A stretch of 64,000 bases of DNA from an uncultured virus (IMG/VR IMGVR_UViG_3300030118_004714) (lineage: Duplodnaviria; Heunggongvirae; Uroviricota; Caudoviricetes). Below the pieces are notes generated by a model. That model had not been told where the DNA came from and searched no databases. It saw nothing but the letters and a program-made list of their open reading frames with translations. A program made the position numbers and the translations under genes. Location: the IMG/VR virus record IMGVR_UViG_3300030118_004714. One strand, written 5' to 3'. Shown here in pieces: positions 12,101-20,332 of this stretch; position 1 is the stretch's first letter, and the number at the start of each line of letters is the position of its first letter.

Positions 12101-12285
12101 CACAAGAAGTCTCCTTTAATTTCCTTGACACGGTGGACACCAAAGAGGTTAAATTGTTGGTGCGTAAGAGAAGTTCAACGGGGCCGGTGCTTGGCTTTGC
12201 TGTTCAACTTGGTTTTGGCACAACTCTTGGGTTCGGGGGCGGAACAATCACAATCACTGATTTAGTGGAGAAGGATTTAGCATGA
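6139..12285 (+). CDS. Large tail tip/hub protein (2048 aa)
   Basis: Hub-like segments (FNGEIENV...IQGRD; FNEINVYG; LRVGDIVNVSIP) flanking long Ser/Thr-rich inserts; tail-module position. Confidence 0.65.
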   Translation: MALTLDDIFNAPTNPYLKDSGPTDGDRIYTAITTEDTSVAITGWGGTITENSNLNTTKGFRIKCYDSLTTTGIRFNPTATNLTDNDYFVLLYSDTPYQHHFAKITEVLTEDEYGDAFEFEPKLGNEIPKDTKFIIFQMTKNGSVVAVSMGMLQDDSLGSSSNDFEGELWRRMAVARPLFYFFPRETNADKMDKPNELNHNRKFYAIRESGTANSYTLSNADNCKVFTTMQDFGKSVVDYSRFSYKIKLTDKLRDLDAAQSSNCTYNEGSTITEDTTNYQQSHINARRIADDVISTPTFTGPLRYLSYDFSPTKSNFLYNVYDHTNTESIDGKGGFAETSVIDNGRIMPRKIKEFDAYRVRHTIHTGDMNEFFALKATYDSSTSSTVFSFNTQYDLKTVLNSGDEIKLGDEILIVKDDGSGDPLISTLSGTTQTITFENTGGGSPLPYARTETEGEFTGQSITPSSGATLHRRAYNATDGTLMLDTSLLNNRFSKMYISFTSLNHNERFATITASDATKGMITLSFSDDSYNTNPLSFAKGEYRLHIERFNGEIENVQSKKEDGQTIMEIQGRDKFNKLLSPIVNLNTLFSEDIIYSSNSPYNKLQSAVPAGSVLASSVGSTFIKTEMIAEGFDSPLVVGDKIFVENGFLGEITSFSDYSGGGSSVLQQINISTGLLTSVSAGDKIYKESEKNYILSKALGSSHLATSKPSSLTGAANKGLIFTAGNKITMSSGAESDSLVSTSANTNEGAIGYAINKPSSISNDFAFQALLKDEHGSAGSSSFDTVNTLIDFEVVSTSKKDNITEFELAPYIPITLGRKTDYYYSQDNFTFTGAGEVNVVSTHSTTFDGFVTTNFSTYTLKRDDIIFVGDSSSSTTSGTKTFVGKIKALEIDSFQVSGGTNTHRQQIFFDRSVHAFTVGEKLYVAQRKTNDLIFVNGQHLWGGKINILAHPKVSATLGVLPLNLESINGSSDYNTKHGQPYYKANSLATGSFSSDSGQLNQINTDTIISDSYDNKSKLNYYTTNYQFKPNIASDNLIEYDKTDSSYRTMPLDLRGNTTPFGSKTNDTRIHRDKTINLPKKGFSAFLEKQYGQDDDSASRLFLYSVGDILPYSSVRKDSIFNSNLTVSNYNLFLMENNKENDGSIKEANRLLLKDNNFQTLGFQDNISLSSLKRFGLMRLTEVCVDFMFNKVNPEKPIFKNLTKQAFSTIRGFNITALAGGGSIDTITYSGGGKPIITFDDTQTLADGDELFDLSTGQQIGTVGTAQGGTKKDFQLSASSINLTKNGALPTDAIKVNTETLTLTGRAEKDSIIQSSTLHPLKGAIIPEDSTYGTATNDFVKGFTGGTNFPHQTDQEIILPLMFLQTDFTNVDASDSTDLLGITNALSHINASMYYGMLCVSLDRFQIEDGGDSPIEKGATSQALKNTISFEYSTFRKYLGITSNSHYAQFTNSGDSSDSYDTSSPYSVDGSYMVFKPRLCSGTLSSATIKTSNGDVKKYTFTPSATSGNQFLKLLDLTGCYLVPEEGTTLGGTTFTDGSVLSSKRMDNVRPTLGQLVYVISHEVSSSNSDNHFLVTDIDLIADTEYRILQPNETCLFDFFPNKIHLNTLSSSYTKIHNEEKTYSTEQDYTSRHGKSAEGGGTNANEGVLSMFVIVDTDKQSTDNGLVLKDARNFMTTNFPNGEYNVFFSDGDNKKKIQLTSIDANNFCALVLSEGFNGKGVVSVSETFTISSTEELKIQPNRACIGTTVSVSLEGEDIINELLEQEGIEFTTTSTDTPMYLAPNYQGVDLFSAIRYILDRKNMKLIEENNVFKIIPEDEDSLRTNITINDSDEFLIIDFDKVSTLFDFFNEINVYGNAHKAIRKDLRSIQKRGRKTLEVVDNTLLTQEEVDKRATKLLRIHSRLNQKLSFTLHSKGIAQLRVGDIVNVSIPRENIEMNEFIVLEMEHQLTGFIKLQLGRYSKDLSDIFSELLISNKETKAALRSNDLSTQEVSFNFLDTVDTKEVKLLVRKRSSTGPVLGFAVQLGFGTTLGFGGGTITITDLVEKDLA

Positions 12286-12620
12286 TAACTGATGAACTAA
12301 AAAGCCAAATCGCAACGCACATCAAGGATAATCTCTTTGATAGCGCAAAGATAGGACTTGGAGGAAATGCTACAAGTCCTACTGCTACTGATTTAGATGT
12401 GCCTTTAAGTGTTGTTCCTTCTATTTTAAAAACGAAATCAGATTTGAATGTCATTGAAGTAAAGGTATCAGTAGCAGGAAGTTCTATCCAAGGACAGGTT
12501 ATCCGTGAAGTAGGATTATTTGATGGCAGTAATTTAGTATATAGAACCAACTTTGAAGGAGTTGGCCCCTTTTCTACAACAGAAACATTGGAACTGTTTA
12601 TTTTGTTGGAGGTAGAATAA
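12282..12620 (+). CDS. Small tail/baseplate protein
   Basis: IGLGG...IREVGLF motif, typical of tail fibre attachment/collar domains. Confidence 0.55.
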   Translation: MITDELKSQIATHIKDNLFDSAKIGLGGNATSPTATDLDVPLSVVPSILKTKSDLNVIEVKVSVAGSSIQGQVIREVGLFDGSNLVYRTNFEGVGPFSTTETLELFILLEVE

Positions 12621-12621
12621 T

Positions 12622-14571
12622 ATGGTAAGTAATCCGAACTATTACAGTCAAAGCACAACATTAAGTTTTAATCAAATTGAAGACGGCGTAGATTTTCCAC
12701 ATACAGGAATAATCAAAGCATTATCTGATGGACTGGGCCAAAATTATGCAATTAGTGGTTTTGATATTACTATTGATAGTGCGACTCAAATTGATGTCGG
12801 CGCAGGAGTTATTCTTCGTGATGGTGCAAAAGCGGCAATTAGCGCAGTAAATAATTTAACTTTAAGTGCTACTTATACTAACGGTTATCATTTATTAGTT
12901 GTGACCGGAGCAGGAGCAATTGAACTTAGAAATCCAATTGCAGCAGATAAGGTTCCACAATACTCATCAACAGATACTATTATTGCTGTTATTACTCATA
13001 CAGGAAATAATCCAATGCCTATTCAATATTTAACAGTTAGAAAGACTGCTAATTCTTTAAGTATTGCTAGGGATGATGGAGGAACCTATACAGAAATGGG
13101 AACAGTTTCCTGTGATGCAAATAGTCTTGATATTACTACAACAAATTCAAATGCAGATATTAATTTAACCCCTCACGGAACAGGAAAAGTTGTAGTATCA
13201 AGCGATATACAAACTAGCGGTGTGCAATATAACCAATTTCAAGACTTATCAGATGACATAGCAACCGGCTATCACACTATTGCTCATATTGATGGTTGGA
13301 ATGGAGCAGGTAATGGTTCATCAGCAAATCAAAAACAAAGAGGGATAGGAACATTTTTTATTAGGAATACCGATTCTTCAAGGCATCAAAGTATTATTCT
13401 AACCGCCAGTCATTTGTTTGGTGCAGGAAATGGAAATGGTATAAGCATTGAGCATGTTAGTCATTTTTCTACAATAGGTATTGATGCAGTAAGAATTAAA
13501 GAAGCATCTACCTACGATGGAGCAGTTTTACAAATTCAAATAGCAAACGCAACAAATAATATTGAAGTCTTCCTTAAAAATAACTTTCAAGATGACGGTT
13601 GGGTTTTAAATGATGCTGTGGCAGATGCAGACAATACAGCACATAATAATTTAGGTGTGGGTAGTGCTACCAACTATTCATCATTTTCCGCTACTGCTAC
13701 AATTGACCTTACAACAATAACTGGAAATGGACAACACCTTTCAGGGAAGTTAAGTGCTGGAAGTATTAAGTCTGTTGGAGATGCAATAATAAGCGGAAAT
13801 ATAGGGATAGGAACCGATTCGCCGCAAAATAGGCTTCAAGTAAGCCATACTGGTGCTGATAGTAATAATGGCATAATGATTGTGAGAGAAGATACTTCAA
13901 CTGCTGATACTGATTTATTGGGAGGAATTGGTTTTGATTCTACCGATGGAAATGTCCCTTCATCGGTTTTAGAAGCATCTGCTTATATTGCCGCATTAGC
14001 AGCAGAAGACCACGGAACAGGTGATAAGGGGGGAGATTTAACCTTTGGAACCGCCGCTATTAATGAGAATGATGATACTGTTTCAACAGAACATATGAGA
14101 ATACTTTCAGATGGAAAAGTAGGAATTGGAACTGCGGCTCCAGAACATAGATTGCATATTGAAGAAACTAGCGATAACTACCCATTTAGATTAAGAGGGG
14201 GTGAAGGAAATATTAGAATAAACAAATTTGGTCATATTCAAATCCAAAATGACAATACTTCTCCACCTTCTTCCTCTGTAATAGACGACCCAGTTTTCCA
14301 AATTGGGCAAAGAGATGGAGGACAACTTGATATTTCATTTGGGAACATTTCTACGCAATTAGTTGCTGGAAGCGATGCAATTCTTTCTTTAGCGAGAGCA
14401 AGCAATAGTGCAACTGGGGACAAACAAATGGGTTTCTTTGGAGCAACTGCTGTTTCAAGGCCAGCACCACCGGCTCCTGTTCCTACTGGTGGAGGTGCAG
14501 ATGCCGACCTAAATGCTCAAGCAATCAACCAACTCATAACTGCTTTAACAAACTTAGGGCTAATTGGTTGA
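12622..14571 (+). CDS. Tail fibre / receptor-binding protein
   Basis: Two G(N/K)(I/V)GIGT..P...L fibre repeats; C-terminal AINQLITALTNLGLI; last gene of the tail module. Confidence 0.75.
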   Translation: MVSNPNYYSQSTTLSFNQIEDGVDFPHTGIIKALSDGLGQNYAISGFDITIDSATQIDVGAGVILRDGAKAAISAVNNLTLSATYTNGYHLLVVTGAGAIELRNPIAADKVPQYSSTDTIIAVITHTGNNPMPIQYLTVRKTANSLSIARDDGGTYTEMGTVSCDANSLDITTTNSNADINLTPHGTGKVVVSSDIQTSGVQYNQFQDLSDDIATGYHTIAHIDGWNGAGNGSSANQKQRGIGTFFIRNTDSSRHQSIILTASHLFGAGNGNGISIEHVSHFSTIGIDAVRIKEASTYDGAVLQIQIANATNNIEVFLKNNFQDDGWVLNDAVADADNTAHNNLGVGSATNYSSFSATATIDLTTITGNGQHLSGKLSAGSIKSVGDAIISGNIGIGTDSPQNRLQVSHTGADSNNGIMIVREDTSTADTDLLGGIGFDSTDGNVPSSVLEASAYIAALAAEDHGTGDKGGDLTFGTAAINENDDTVSTEHMRILSDGKVGIGTAAPEHRLHIEETSDNYPFRLRGGEGNIRINKFGHIQIQNDNTSPPSSSVIDDPVFQIGQRDGGQLDISFGNISTQLVAGSDAILSLARASNSATGDKQMGFFGATAVSRPAPPAPVPTGGGADADLNAQAINQLITALTNLGLIG

Positions 14572-14623
14572 AAGTTTTTGAGGCATTTTTAGTTTTGCGA
14601 TTAATTTGGCTAAAAAAACGGCA

Positions 14624-14670
14624 TAAAAAAAAGCCGGGATAGGGGGCTAACCCCCTACCCTCGTTTTTTT
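14624..14670. terminator. Probable bidirectional terminator between convergent modules
   Basis: A-tract, hairpin GGGATAGGGGG-CTAA-CCCCCTACCC, then T7. Confidence 0.7.
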
Positions 14671-14799
14671 AGACCAAATGCCAAAACAAAGCCTACATTC
14701 CCATAAGTGAGAGACTTCATCTGAACCTAAATAAAAACCCTTAATTCTTTTAGCGATAGTTTTTTCGCTACAAAAAGGGCATTTTTGTTTAAGTGCCAT
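14647..14799 (-). CDS. 50-aa TFIIS/TFS-like zinc ribbon protein (not in ORF track)
   Basis: MALKQKCPFC-x24-CRLCFGIW with SDE at the hairpin tip; start overlaps the upstream stop. Confidence 0.65.
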   Translation of the reverse strand: MALKQKCPFCSEKTIAKRIKGFYLGSDEVSHLWECRLCFGIWSKKTRVGG

Positions 14800-14948
14800 C
14801 AGTTTCCGCCCTTATCGTCAGACATCAGCCGCTTCATATATTCTTCAACGCTTTCATCGGTGATTGAAGTTCCACCAAAAGCGGCAAAGAAAAGAAGCAT
14901 AAGTATGCTGATGAAAAAGATAAGACCAATCCATTCCCATGTTGTCAT
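14799..14948 (-). CDS. 49-aa membrane protein (not in ORF track)
   Basis: MTTWEWIGLIFFISILMLLFFAAFGG...; start and stop overlap both neighbours. Confidence 0.65.
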   Translation of the reverse strand: MTTWEWIGLIFFISILMLLFFAAFGGTSITDESVEEYMKRLMSDDKGGN

Positions 14949-15541
14949 TACCAACTCACCTCCAAGTCTTTATGCTGTTCTTCTTCAATTGAAAATGCTT
15001 TTACAATACCGTTCTTTTGACCATATTTCCAAAGGTCATAAACTAATTGGGTATCTTTTAGACAATATTCTACCACATCATCATATTTTCCCATTTTCCA
15101 AAGTCGTGGTGCATCTGCGCTATCCATAAGTTTAGAATCTTGCATGGTGCATTTCACAAGATTTTTTAGTTGAAATCTTTCACCATGTCCCTTTAGGAGT
15201 ATTTTTGAAGTATCAATGTATTGTTCTTCTTTTAAGTATTTAGTTATACAAAAAATATCCATTGAGTCTCGTAATACTGGGAGGTCAAATGCTGCTAAAT
15301 TATGACCAAGAAGTAATCCACCTTTTTGAAAATGGTCATCTAAGTCATACTTAAGTTGCTTCAAAGGTTTAACCTCAACATTTGATTTTTGAAATGTATC
15401 TAATGGTGCATCCACATAAACAGTACCTTTGTCTCCGTCCCAAGTTGCGACTGTTGAGACTTGAAACATATGGGTGTTGCTAAACCCTCCAATTTCATAG
15501 GACATATTTTTTGTTTCTATGTCCAAAGCAAGAACAGACAT
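14948..15541 (-). CDS. DEDDy/RNase H-like 3'-5' exonuclease
   Basis: ExoI LDIET, ExoII GHNLAAFD, ExoIII YCLKD. Confidence 0.85.
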   Translation of the reverse strand: MSVLALDIETKNMSYEIGGFSNTHMFQVSTVATWDGDKGTVYVDAPLDTFQKSNVEVKPLKQLKYDLDDHFQKGGLLLGHNLAAFDLPVLRDSMDIFCITKYLKEEQYIDTSKILLKGHGERFQLKNLVKCTMQDSKLMDSADAPRLWKMGKYDDVVEYCLKDTQLVYDLWKYGQKNGIVKAFSIEEEQHKDLEVSW

Positions 15542-15543
15542 TA

Positions 15544-15768
15544 CTATTCACCATTTGACCAAAGTTTGCTAATTTTTTCTTCTTCCTTATTTACAGGTTC
15601 TTCGGTGTCTGTTCGTCTCTTTAAGAAACAAACAATCTGCTTATTTGCCACAATTAATTGTGAACAGCATTCCCAACCTTCTTCACCATAAGTATTCAAA
15701 GATTCAATAATTGCTTTTGGCCCTTTTTCAACTTGAAACACTAAATAGGTATTTTCCCACTTCATCAT
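15544..15768 (-). CDS. DUF4177-like small protein
   Basis: WE...LNTYGEEGWE...FLKR pattern. Confidence 0.55.
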   Translation of the reverse strand: MMKWENTYLVFQVEKGPKAIIESLNTYGEEGWECCSQLIVANKQIVCFLKRRTDTEEPVNKEEEKISKLWSNGE

Positions 15769-17264
15769 TCTTCACTCTCCAATAACCTAACATACCAACT
15801 TCGGCCTTCTTTGATTTCTTCAAATCTATGTCGTACAACATCATAATGCCTATAAATCTGCGCTCTTGAGATTTTTGCTTTTTCTCTTACTTGCGTTAGG
15901 TACAAGTTTTTGTTCACAAACCCTGCTTCATCAGCCTTTATGTTGGAAAATTTGTCTGCCTTAATTTCTCCATAAACTCCAATAAATGTCGTTTCTAAAG
16001 ACTTTTCAGCCATCTGCTTTCGCTTGACCCGTAGGCTTCGCTCTAACCACCCCACCAGTTGGCTATAACAGTTTTGGACAATTTTACCGGCGGCTTGAAC
16101 ATGAACACCCCTCACAATAAATCTCTCTTCGGGTTTGACAATATCTGCTGATTCACCAATACAACATAGGGCGGCTAATTTCATCATAATTTGCATAAGC
16201 CGAGTAGTAAAGTTTGATGCGATTTCTGCAACATGCGGAGGACAGTTCATCAATTCTTTATTCAATCGGTTATATTCCAATAAAAGAGTAGGTACATAAG
16301 ATTCGTGAAAGACTAAAGTTTTTAACGGGTCTTGCCCGACATCATTCCAACGCTCACGAACCATTTGATAAATCTTATAGAAGCCCTCTGCGAACTTATC
16401 AATTGGTGCTTCAACATCAGAATAGGTTCCTGCTTTAGATAGTTGCTCAAGTCTCATTTGATGTTGTGTGTGAAACGGAACTTCCCAAACATATAGAAGC
16501 ATTCTTTGAAGAACACCCTTTTCTGCCATAACATCATTTAGATTCTTTGGAGGATATGTCATAGCAATAACAGAACGCTCTGAATAACAATTCATTGTCA
16601 TTCCTTCCATTGAATCCAGAGCCTTTGAAATAACCCAAGACTTTCCAGCAAGGCTATTCATTAGCGTATTCAAATAAACAATGCTCTGCTCTTTATGCTG
16701 AGACTGCTTAAAAATACCTGAATACTCAAATTCATCCCAATGGGCTAAACCACTTCCTTCAAGAATACCGGCTTGCCTTTTCATTTCGTCCTCGCCTTCA
16801 TCATTCTTTATTTGCTTCCATTTACCTATTAAAACAGAATCAGTATAATCAGTCACGCCAAAAATATCATACTTACGAGGCATTTCTATTCCGTCCTTTC
16901 TTGTAAAGGATGGGTGGCTAGGTCGGTGTTCGTTAATCTTTTCAAATGTTCTATCTGCAACAGGCCCAACAAAATTCCAAAGCGTGGATTTGCCTGTTCC
17001 GCTTGTTTGAACCCAACAAAAATGAACCCTTGTATCTTCAATGTTTCTATTGTTTGGTATTCTTACAAAGTCCTTACAGATGTTTCCGAGAATTACAAAT
17101 CCACTGATTGCGGCTGGCATTTCGTTTCTCAAAGAAACTTCGCTTGCTGATTGGTAGAACCTCTCAATGATAGAGGGCAAACCCGATACTGCCTTAGCAT
17201 CTAGTTCCTCCTTTTGTTGCATGTATTCTTCAATTTCTTCTTCTTCATAAAATTCATCATTCAT
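15765..17264 (-). CDS. AAA+ ATPase, MCM-like replicative helicase candidate
   Basis: Walker A SGTGKST, Walker B AHWDE, sensor-2-like TTRL..MMKLA, C-terminal wHTH-like segment. Confidence 0.65.
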   Translation of the reverse strand: MNDEFYEEEEIEEYMQQKEELDAKAVSGLPSIIERFYQSASEVSLRNEMPAAISGFVILGNICKDFVRIPNNRNIEDTRVHFCWVQTSGTGKSTLWNFVGPVADRTFEKINEHRPSHPSFTRKDGIEMPRKYDIFGVTDYTDSVLIGKWKQIKNDEGEDEMKRQAGILEGSGLAHWDEFEYSGIFKQSQHKEQSIVYLNTLMNSLAGKSWVISKALDSMEGMTMNCYSERSVIAMTYPPKNLNDVMAEKGVLQRMLLYVWEVPFHTQHQMRLEQLSKAGTYSDVEAPIDKFAEGFYKIYQMVRERWNDVGQDPLKTLVFHESYVPTLLLEYNRLNKELMNCPPHVAEIASNFTTRLMQIMMKLAALCCIGESADIVKPEERFIVRGVHVQAAGKIVQNCYSQLVGWLERSLRVKRKQMAEKSLETTFIGVYGEIKADKFSNIKADEAGFVNKNLYLTQVREKAKISRAQIYRHYDVVRHRFEEIKEGRSWYVRLLESEE

Positions 17265-17950
17265 ATTTTCACCTTCTCTTCCGAGTTTAATGTGGAGATT
17301 ATTCTTTTGGCTAAGGTTTCTCCAATGCCTTCAACGCCCTGAATTTCAAATTCAGAACATTCACCAATTTCCATAATAGAGCCGAACTCTTTTATGAGGG
17401 CTTTCGCCTTTTTAATTGAAACCCCTTTAATGCTTGATAACAAATCTATCCTCAAGTCATCAGTTGTTATTCTTTTGAATACTTGTGGTTCAATAGCCGA
17501 CCGTTTGAACGGTTTGATTTTAGAAACGCCCGTGATAATTTGGGCGGCTTCTTCTTCTGTTGAAACCCATACTGGCTTTGCATCCATGTCAAGAATGATT
17601 CTTCCAATTGCTCCCAAGAATTTATTTCTTAGCATGATTGCCCTTCCTTTTGGTGGCATTTTAGACTGGGAGTTTTCAAGAACATTAAGTATTGCATCAT
17701 CCATATTTCCATAGATAATTACAACATTTGTTTGATAGTGCCTATCCATATTGTCAAGTTGCGTCCATAATCTTTTTGATAGAACAGAACCCAAAAAATC
17801 TACTGCTGATTTTGCTTCAAAACAAACATCATCATAAACATAGTCTCCAATTTCAATCCACTTTTTTTCTATTGGAATGTTTAAAGACTTAGCCTTTCTC
17901 TCTACCTTTTCCGAAAGTTTTGAATTTTCTCTTGAATCAATTATTAGCAT
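17261..17950 (-). CDS. ERCC4/XPF (Hef/Mus81-type) structure-specific nuclease with HhH2
   Basis: IIDSRE, IGDY, EAKS..DF, and two HhH motifs (IKGVSIKKA, VEGIGETLA). Confidence 0.9.
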   Translation of the reverse strand: MLIIDSRENSKLSEKVERKAKSLNIPIEKKWIEIGDYVYDDVCFEAKSAVDFLGSVLSKRLWTQLDNMDRHYQTNVVIIYGNMDDAILNVLENSQSKMPPKGRAIMLRNKFLGAIGRIILDMDAKPVWVSTEEEAAQIITGVSKIKPFKRSAIEPQVFKRITTDDLRIDLLSSIKGVSIKKAKALIKEFGSIMEIGECSEFEIQGVEGIGETLAKRIISTLNSEEKVKI

Positions 17951-18978
17951 TATGCATACCTCCAACACTTACCAATACAAAATCCTTCACTGATTAATTT
18001 TTGACAATGGGGCGTGTTATAGTTGTTATACACCGTGAATTTAGCGTGTTTTTTTGTTGTTCTTTTATCCCAATCAAGCCATACCGAATCCGATTCTGCA
18101 AAGACTCTCTCCAATTCATCAACGACGAGGTTCAGCACTTCTTCTTTAAGTTGCTGTGTATTTAGGTCTTGATACCCCGACAATAAATCCCGATACCACG
18201 ACACCAAATAAGCCCTCGCTATGTGAGAGGGATTTTCAGTCATGGTTGCATGATGTAGGCAGGGAAGCATAGGGAGTTTTCCTACTGTTTTAGGTACAGA
18301 AACCTCCCCCTCTACGGCCTCTATGGGTGGGGCTGATGGGAACACTACCTTAGCATTTCCCTGCTTGCGAAAGGGAATATAACGAGGCTTCTTAGCAAGA
18401 GTTAAGACACTCCCAATATCCCCCTCTAAATCTTCTTTTAACAAAGGAATGCAAAAGTAAGGGTTTCCGTTTTCATCTGAAGAAGACATATTTACTGTGT
18501 TAGGTATTCTTCTAAGACGAGTAATTTGTCCTACTCTATCATCAAGAGTTATGTCTTTTCCAACATGCTCAATCAAATATTGCTTAATGCCCCGAAAAAA
18601 GAATTGGATGCTTCTCATGCTGTCTGCTAATTCACCGAAAAGAAATAAATGAAAACCACGGCCAGAAAAAAAGAGAGTGTGTTCATAATCTTTCTCATAG
18701 ACTAAGGCCATGATAATTTTCAAATCCCGCCAAGCATCGCTGATTAAATCATCGTGTGCATCAAAGTCAAGAAATACTCTGTCAAGAATAACAGAAGAAT
18801 CATCTTTTGCAGTTTCATAGAAACGCTCAAAATCATAAACCGTTGTATAAACATTGGTTCTGTTATTTTGTGCATTTATGAAATTGATGTATTCATTCCT
18901 TGAGGACACTATTCTTCTTTTCATTTGTGGGGCGTTCCTTATGTGGCTCCCCGCCCAAACTTCCCTCGGATATTTCAT
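17950..18978 (-). CDS. Archaeo-eukaryotic primase: PriS catalytic domain fused to a PriL-CTD-like domain
   Basis: FLDFD, FSGRGFH, RLRRIPNT; C-terminal LPCL...HIAR...YNTPHC...GFCIGKC. ATG 18978 after GGAGG. Confidence 0.85.
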   Translation of the reverse strand: MKYPREVWAGSHIRNAPQMKRRIVSSRNEYINFINAQNNRTNVYTTVYDFERFYETAKDDSSVILDRVFLDFDAHDDLISDAWRDLKIIMALVYEKDYEHTLFFSGRGFHLFLFGELADSMRSIQFFFRGIKQYLIEHVGKDITLDDRVGQITRLRRIPNTVNMSSSDENGNPYFCIPLLKEDLEGDIGSVLTLAKKPRYIPFRKQGNAKVVFPSAPPIEAVEGEVSVPKTVGKLPMLPCLHHATMTENPSHIARAYLVSWYRDLLSGYQDLNTQQLKEEVLNLVVDELERVFAESDSVWLDWDKRTTKKHAKFTVYNNYNTPHCQKLISEGFCIGKCWRYA

Positions 18979-19264
18979 TTTTATTTCCTCCAAAATTAAC
19001 TGTGGCCTCTCCAAGCATTGAACGAATCGTTTCTGCAATTTCTCCGCTTAGTGTTATTTTAACCGCTTCTCTCATGCTGTCTTCATATGTTTGACCGACA
19101 AACACTTCATTGATTCTAGTTTCTCTAATTAATTGAAATCTTTCAACAAAGGTCATTTCTGAATACAACTCAGAACATAGAGAATCAATCGTTTCTTTTA
19201 GATTTGATATTTCAGTAAATGTCCATTGTTTGGATAAAACTTTTGCTTTAATCATTTCTTTCAT
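18893..19264 (-). CDS. Hypothetical protein
   Basis: Co-oriented ORF in a tightly packed operon. Confidence 0.55.
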   Translation of the reverse strand: MKEMIKAKVLSKQWTFTEISNLKETIDSLCSELYSEMTFVERFQLIRETRINEVFVGQTYEDSMREAVKITLSGEIAETIRSMLGEATVNFGGNKNEISEGSLGGEPHKERPTNEKKNSVLKE

Positions 19265-19430
19265 TTACACTCAGCACCCCCTCAAACACCAAATCTAAAG
19301 CATCATCAATTTTAGCAACCACCAATTCGTGAAATAAAGCATCATACAATATTTCTTCACTCAAGGTAGGGTGCATATTCAAAATAAAATGATATATTTC
19401 ATGCATCACTTCTTTAATCATCATAACCAC
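19248..19430 (-). CDS. Hypothetical protein (60 aa)
   Basis: Fills the gap, overlapping both neighbours. Confidence 0.45.
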   Translation of the reverse strand: MVMMIKEVMHEIYHFILNMHPTLSEEILYDALFHELVVAKIDDALDLVFEGVLSVNERND

Positions 19431-20332
19431 GAATCCTGTTCTGCTCCTTCACAAATACCAAAGAAAGAACAATGGGTACAAGTCTTGTAAAAGAATTTAG
19501 TTGGAAAGTGTTTTTGTTCATAGGCATATATTAATTCCGCAATGTGATTCATAACAGAAGTCATTGTTCTCTTCTTAACTGGCTCAACTGTAATATGATT
19601 CGCCACAGGATAGTACCAACCCCAATGACTAATTTCCATATTAGGGGTGAGGCCGTGTTTAGCAAGAACCTCTTCTGTTGAGTTCTCAATCATTAACTGA
19701 TAGAAAGCCATTTCCTTTCTCATGGCTGTTGATTTGTAATCTTTCCAACTACCCGTTTTGTATTCAAAAGGAATAAGTTTTCCGTTCTCAATGAATACTC
19801 GGTCAATAATACCTTGAAGACGAACTGTGTAGTCTCTTTGTAGGGTGAACTTTTTATGCGTATCTTTTGGAATTACTACTTCACAATCAAACATTCTTTC
19901 ATTGATAACAGGAAGAAACTCTTCGGTCTTTCCTTCGGCTACGGCTTCAATAAATCTTTGAGCCTCAAAAGCAGCAACAGTCAGAGAAATATCGTAATAC
20001 TCATCAATAGGCATTAATGAATTACAGTACTCAATGATTTCAGTATTATTCATTTTTTCTGCCTTTTTGACATCAAAATCATCAAAGAACGCTTCTCGGT
20101 GATTGTGCAATACTGTTCCTTTACGCATGGCTTCTGTTTGGTCTTGGGGCAAACGCTCAACATAAGAAAACTCATACTTTTTGGGACACCAAACATATGA
20201 CATCAAAGAAGACTTTGATATTTTTAATATCGGTTGAGAGGGGTCTGCATAATTTTCAGGCATCCATTTGTATGTAAATTCTTTCATACCGGCAAGTGCG
20301 GCTTCATATTTTTCATCTATGTTCAAAACCAT
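19421..20332 (-). CDS. Cas4/RecB-like PD-(D/E)xK exonuclease with Fe-S cysteines
   Basis: CPKKY, GTVLH, GIIDRV, EYKTG, CTHCSFFGIC. Confidence 0.85.
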   Translation of the reverse strand: MVLNIDEKYEAALAGMKEFTYKWMPENYADPSQPILKISKSSLMSYVWCPKKYEFSYVERLPQDQTEAMRKGTVLHNHREAFFDDFDVKKAEKMNNTEIIEYCNSLMPIDEYYDISLTVAAFEAQRFIEAVAEGKTEEFLPVINERMFDCEVVIPKDTHKKFTLQRDYTVRLQGIIDRVFIENGKLIPFEYKTGSWKDYKSTAMRKEMAFYQLMIENSTEEVLAKHGLTPNMEISHWGWYYPVANHITVEPVKKRTMTSVMNHIAELIYAYEQKHFPTKFFYKTCTHCSFFGICEGAEQDSWL

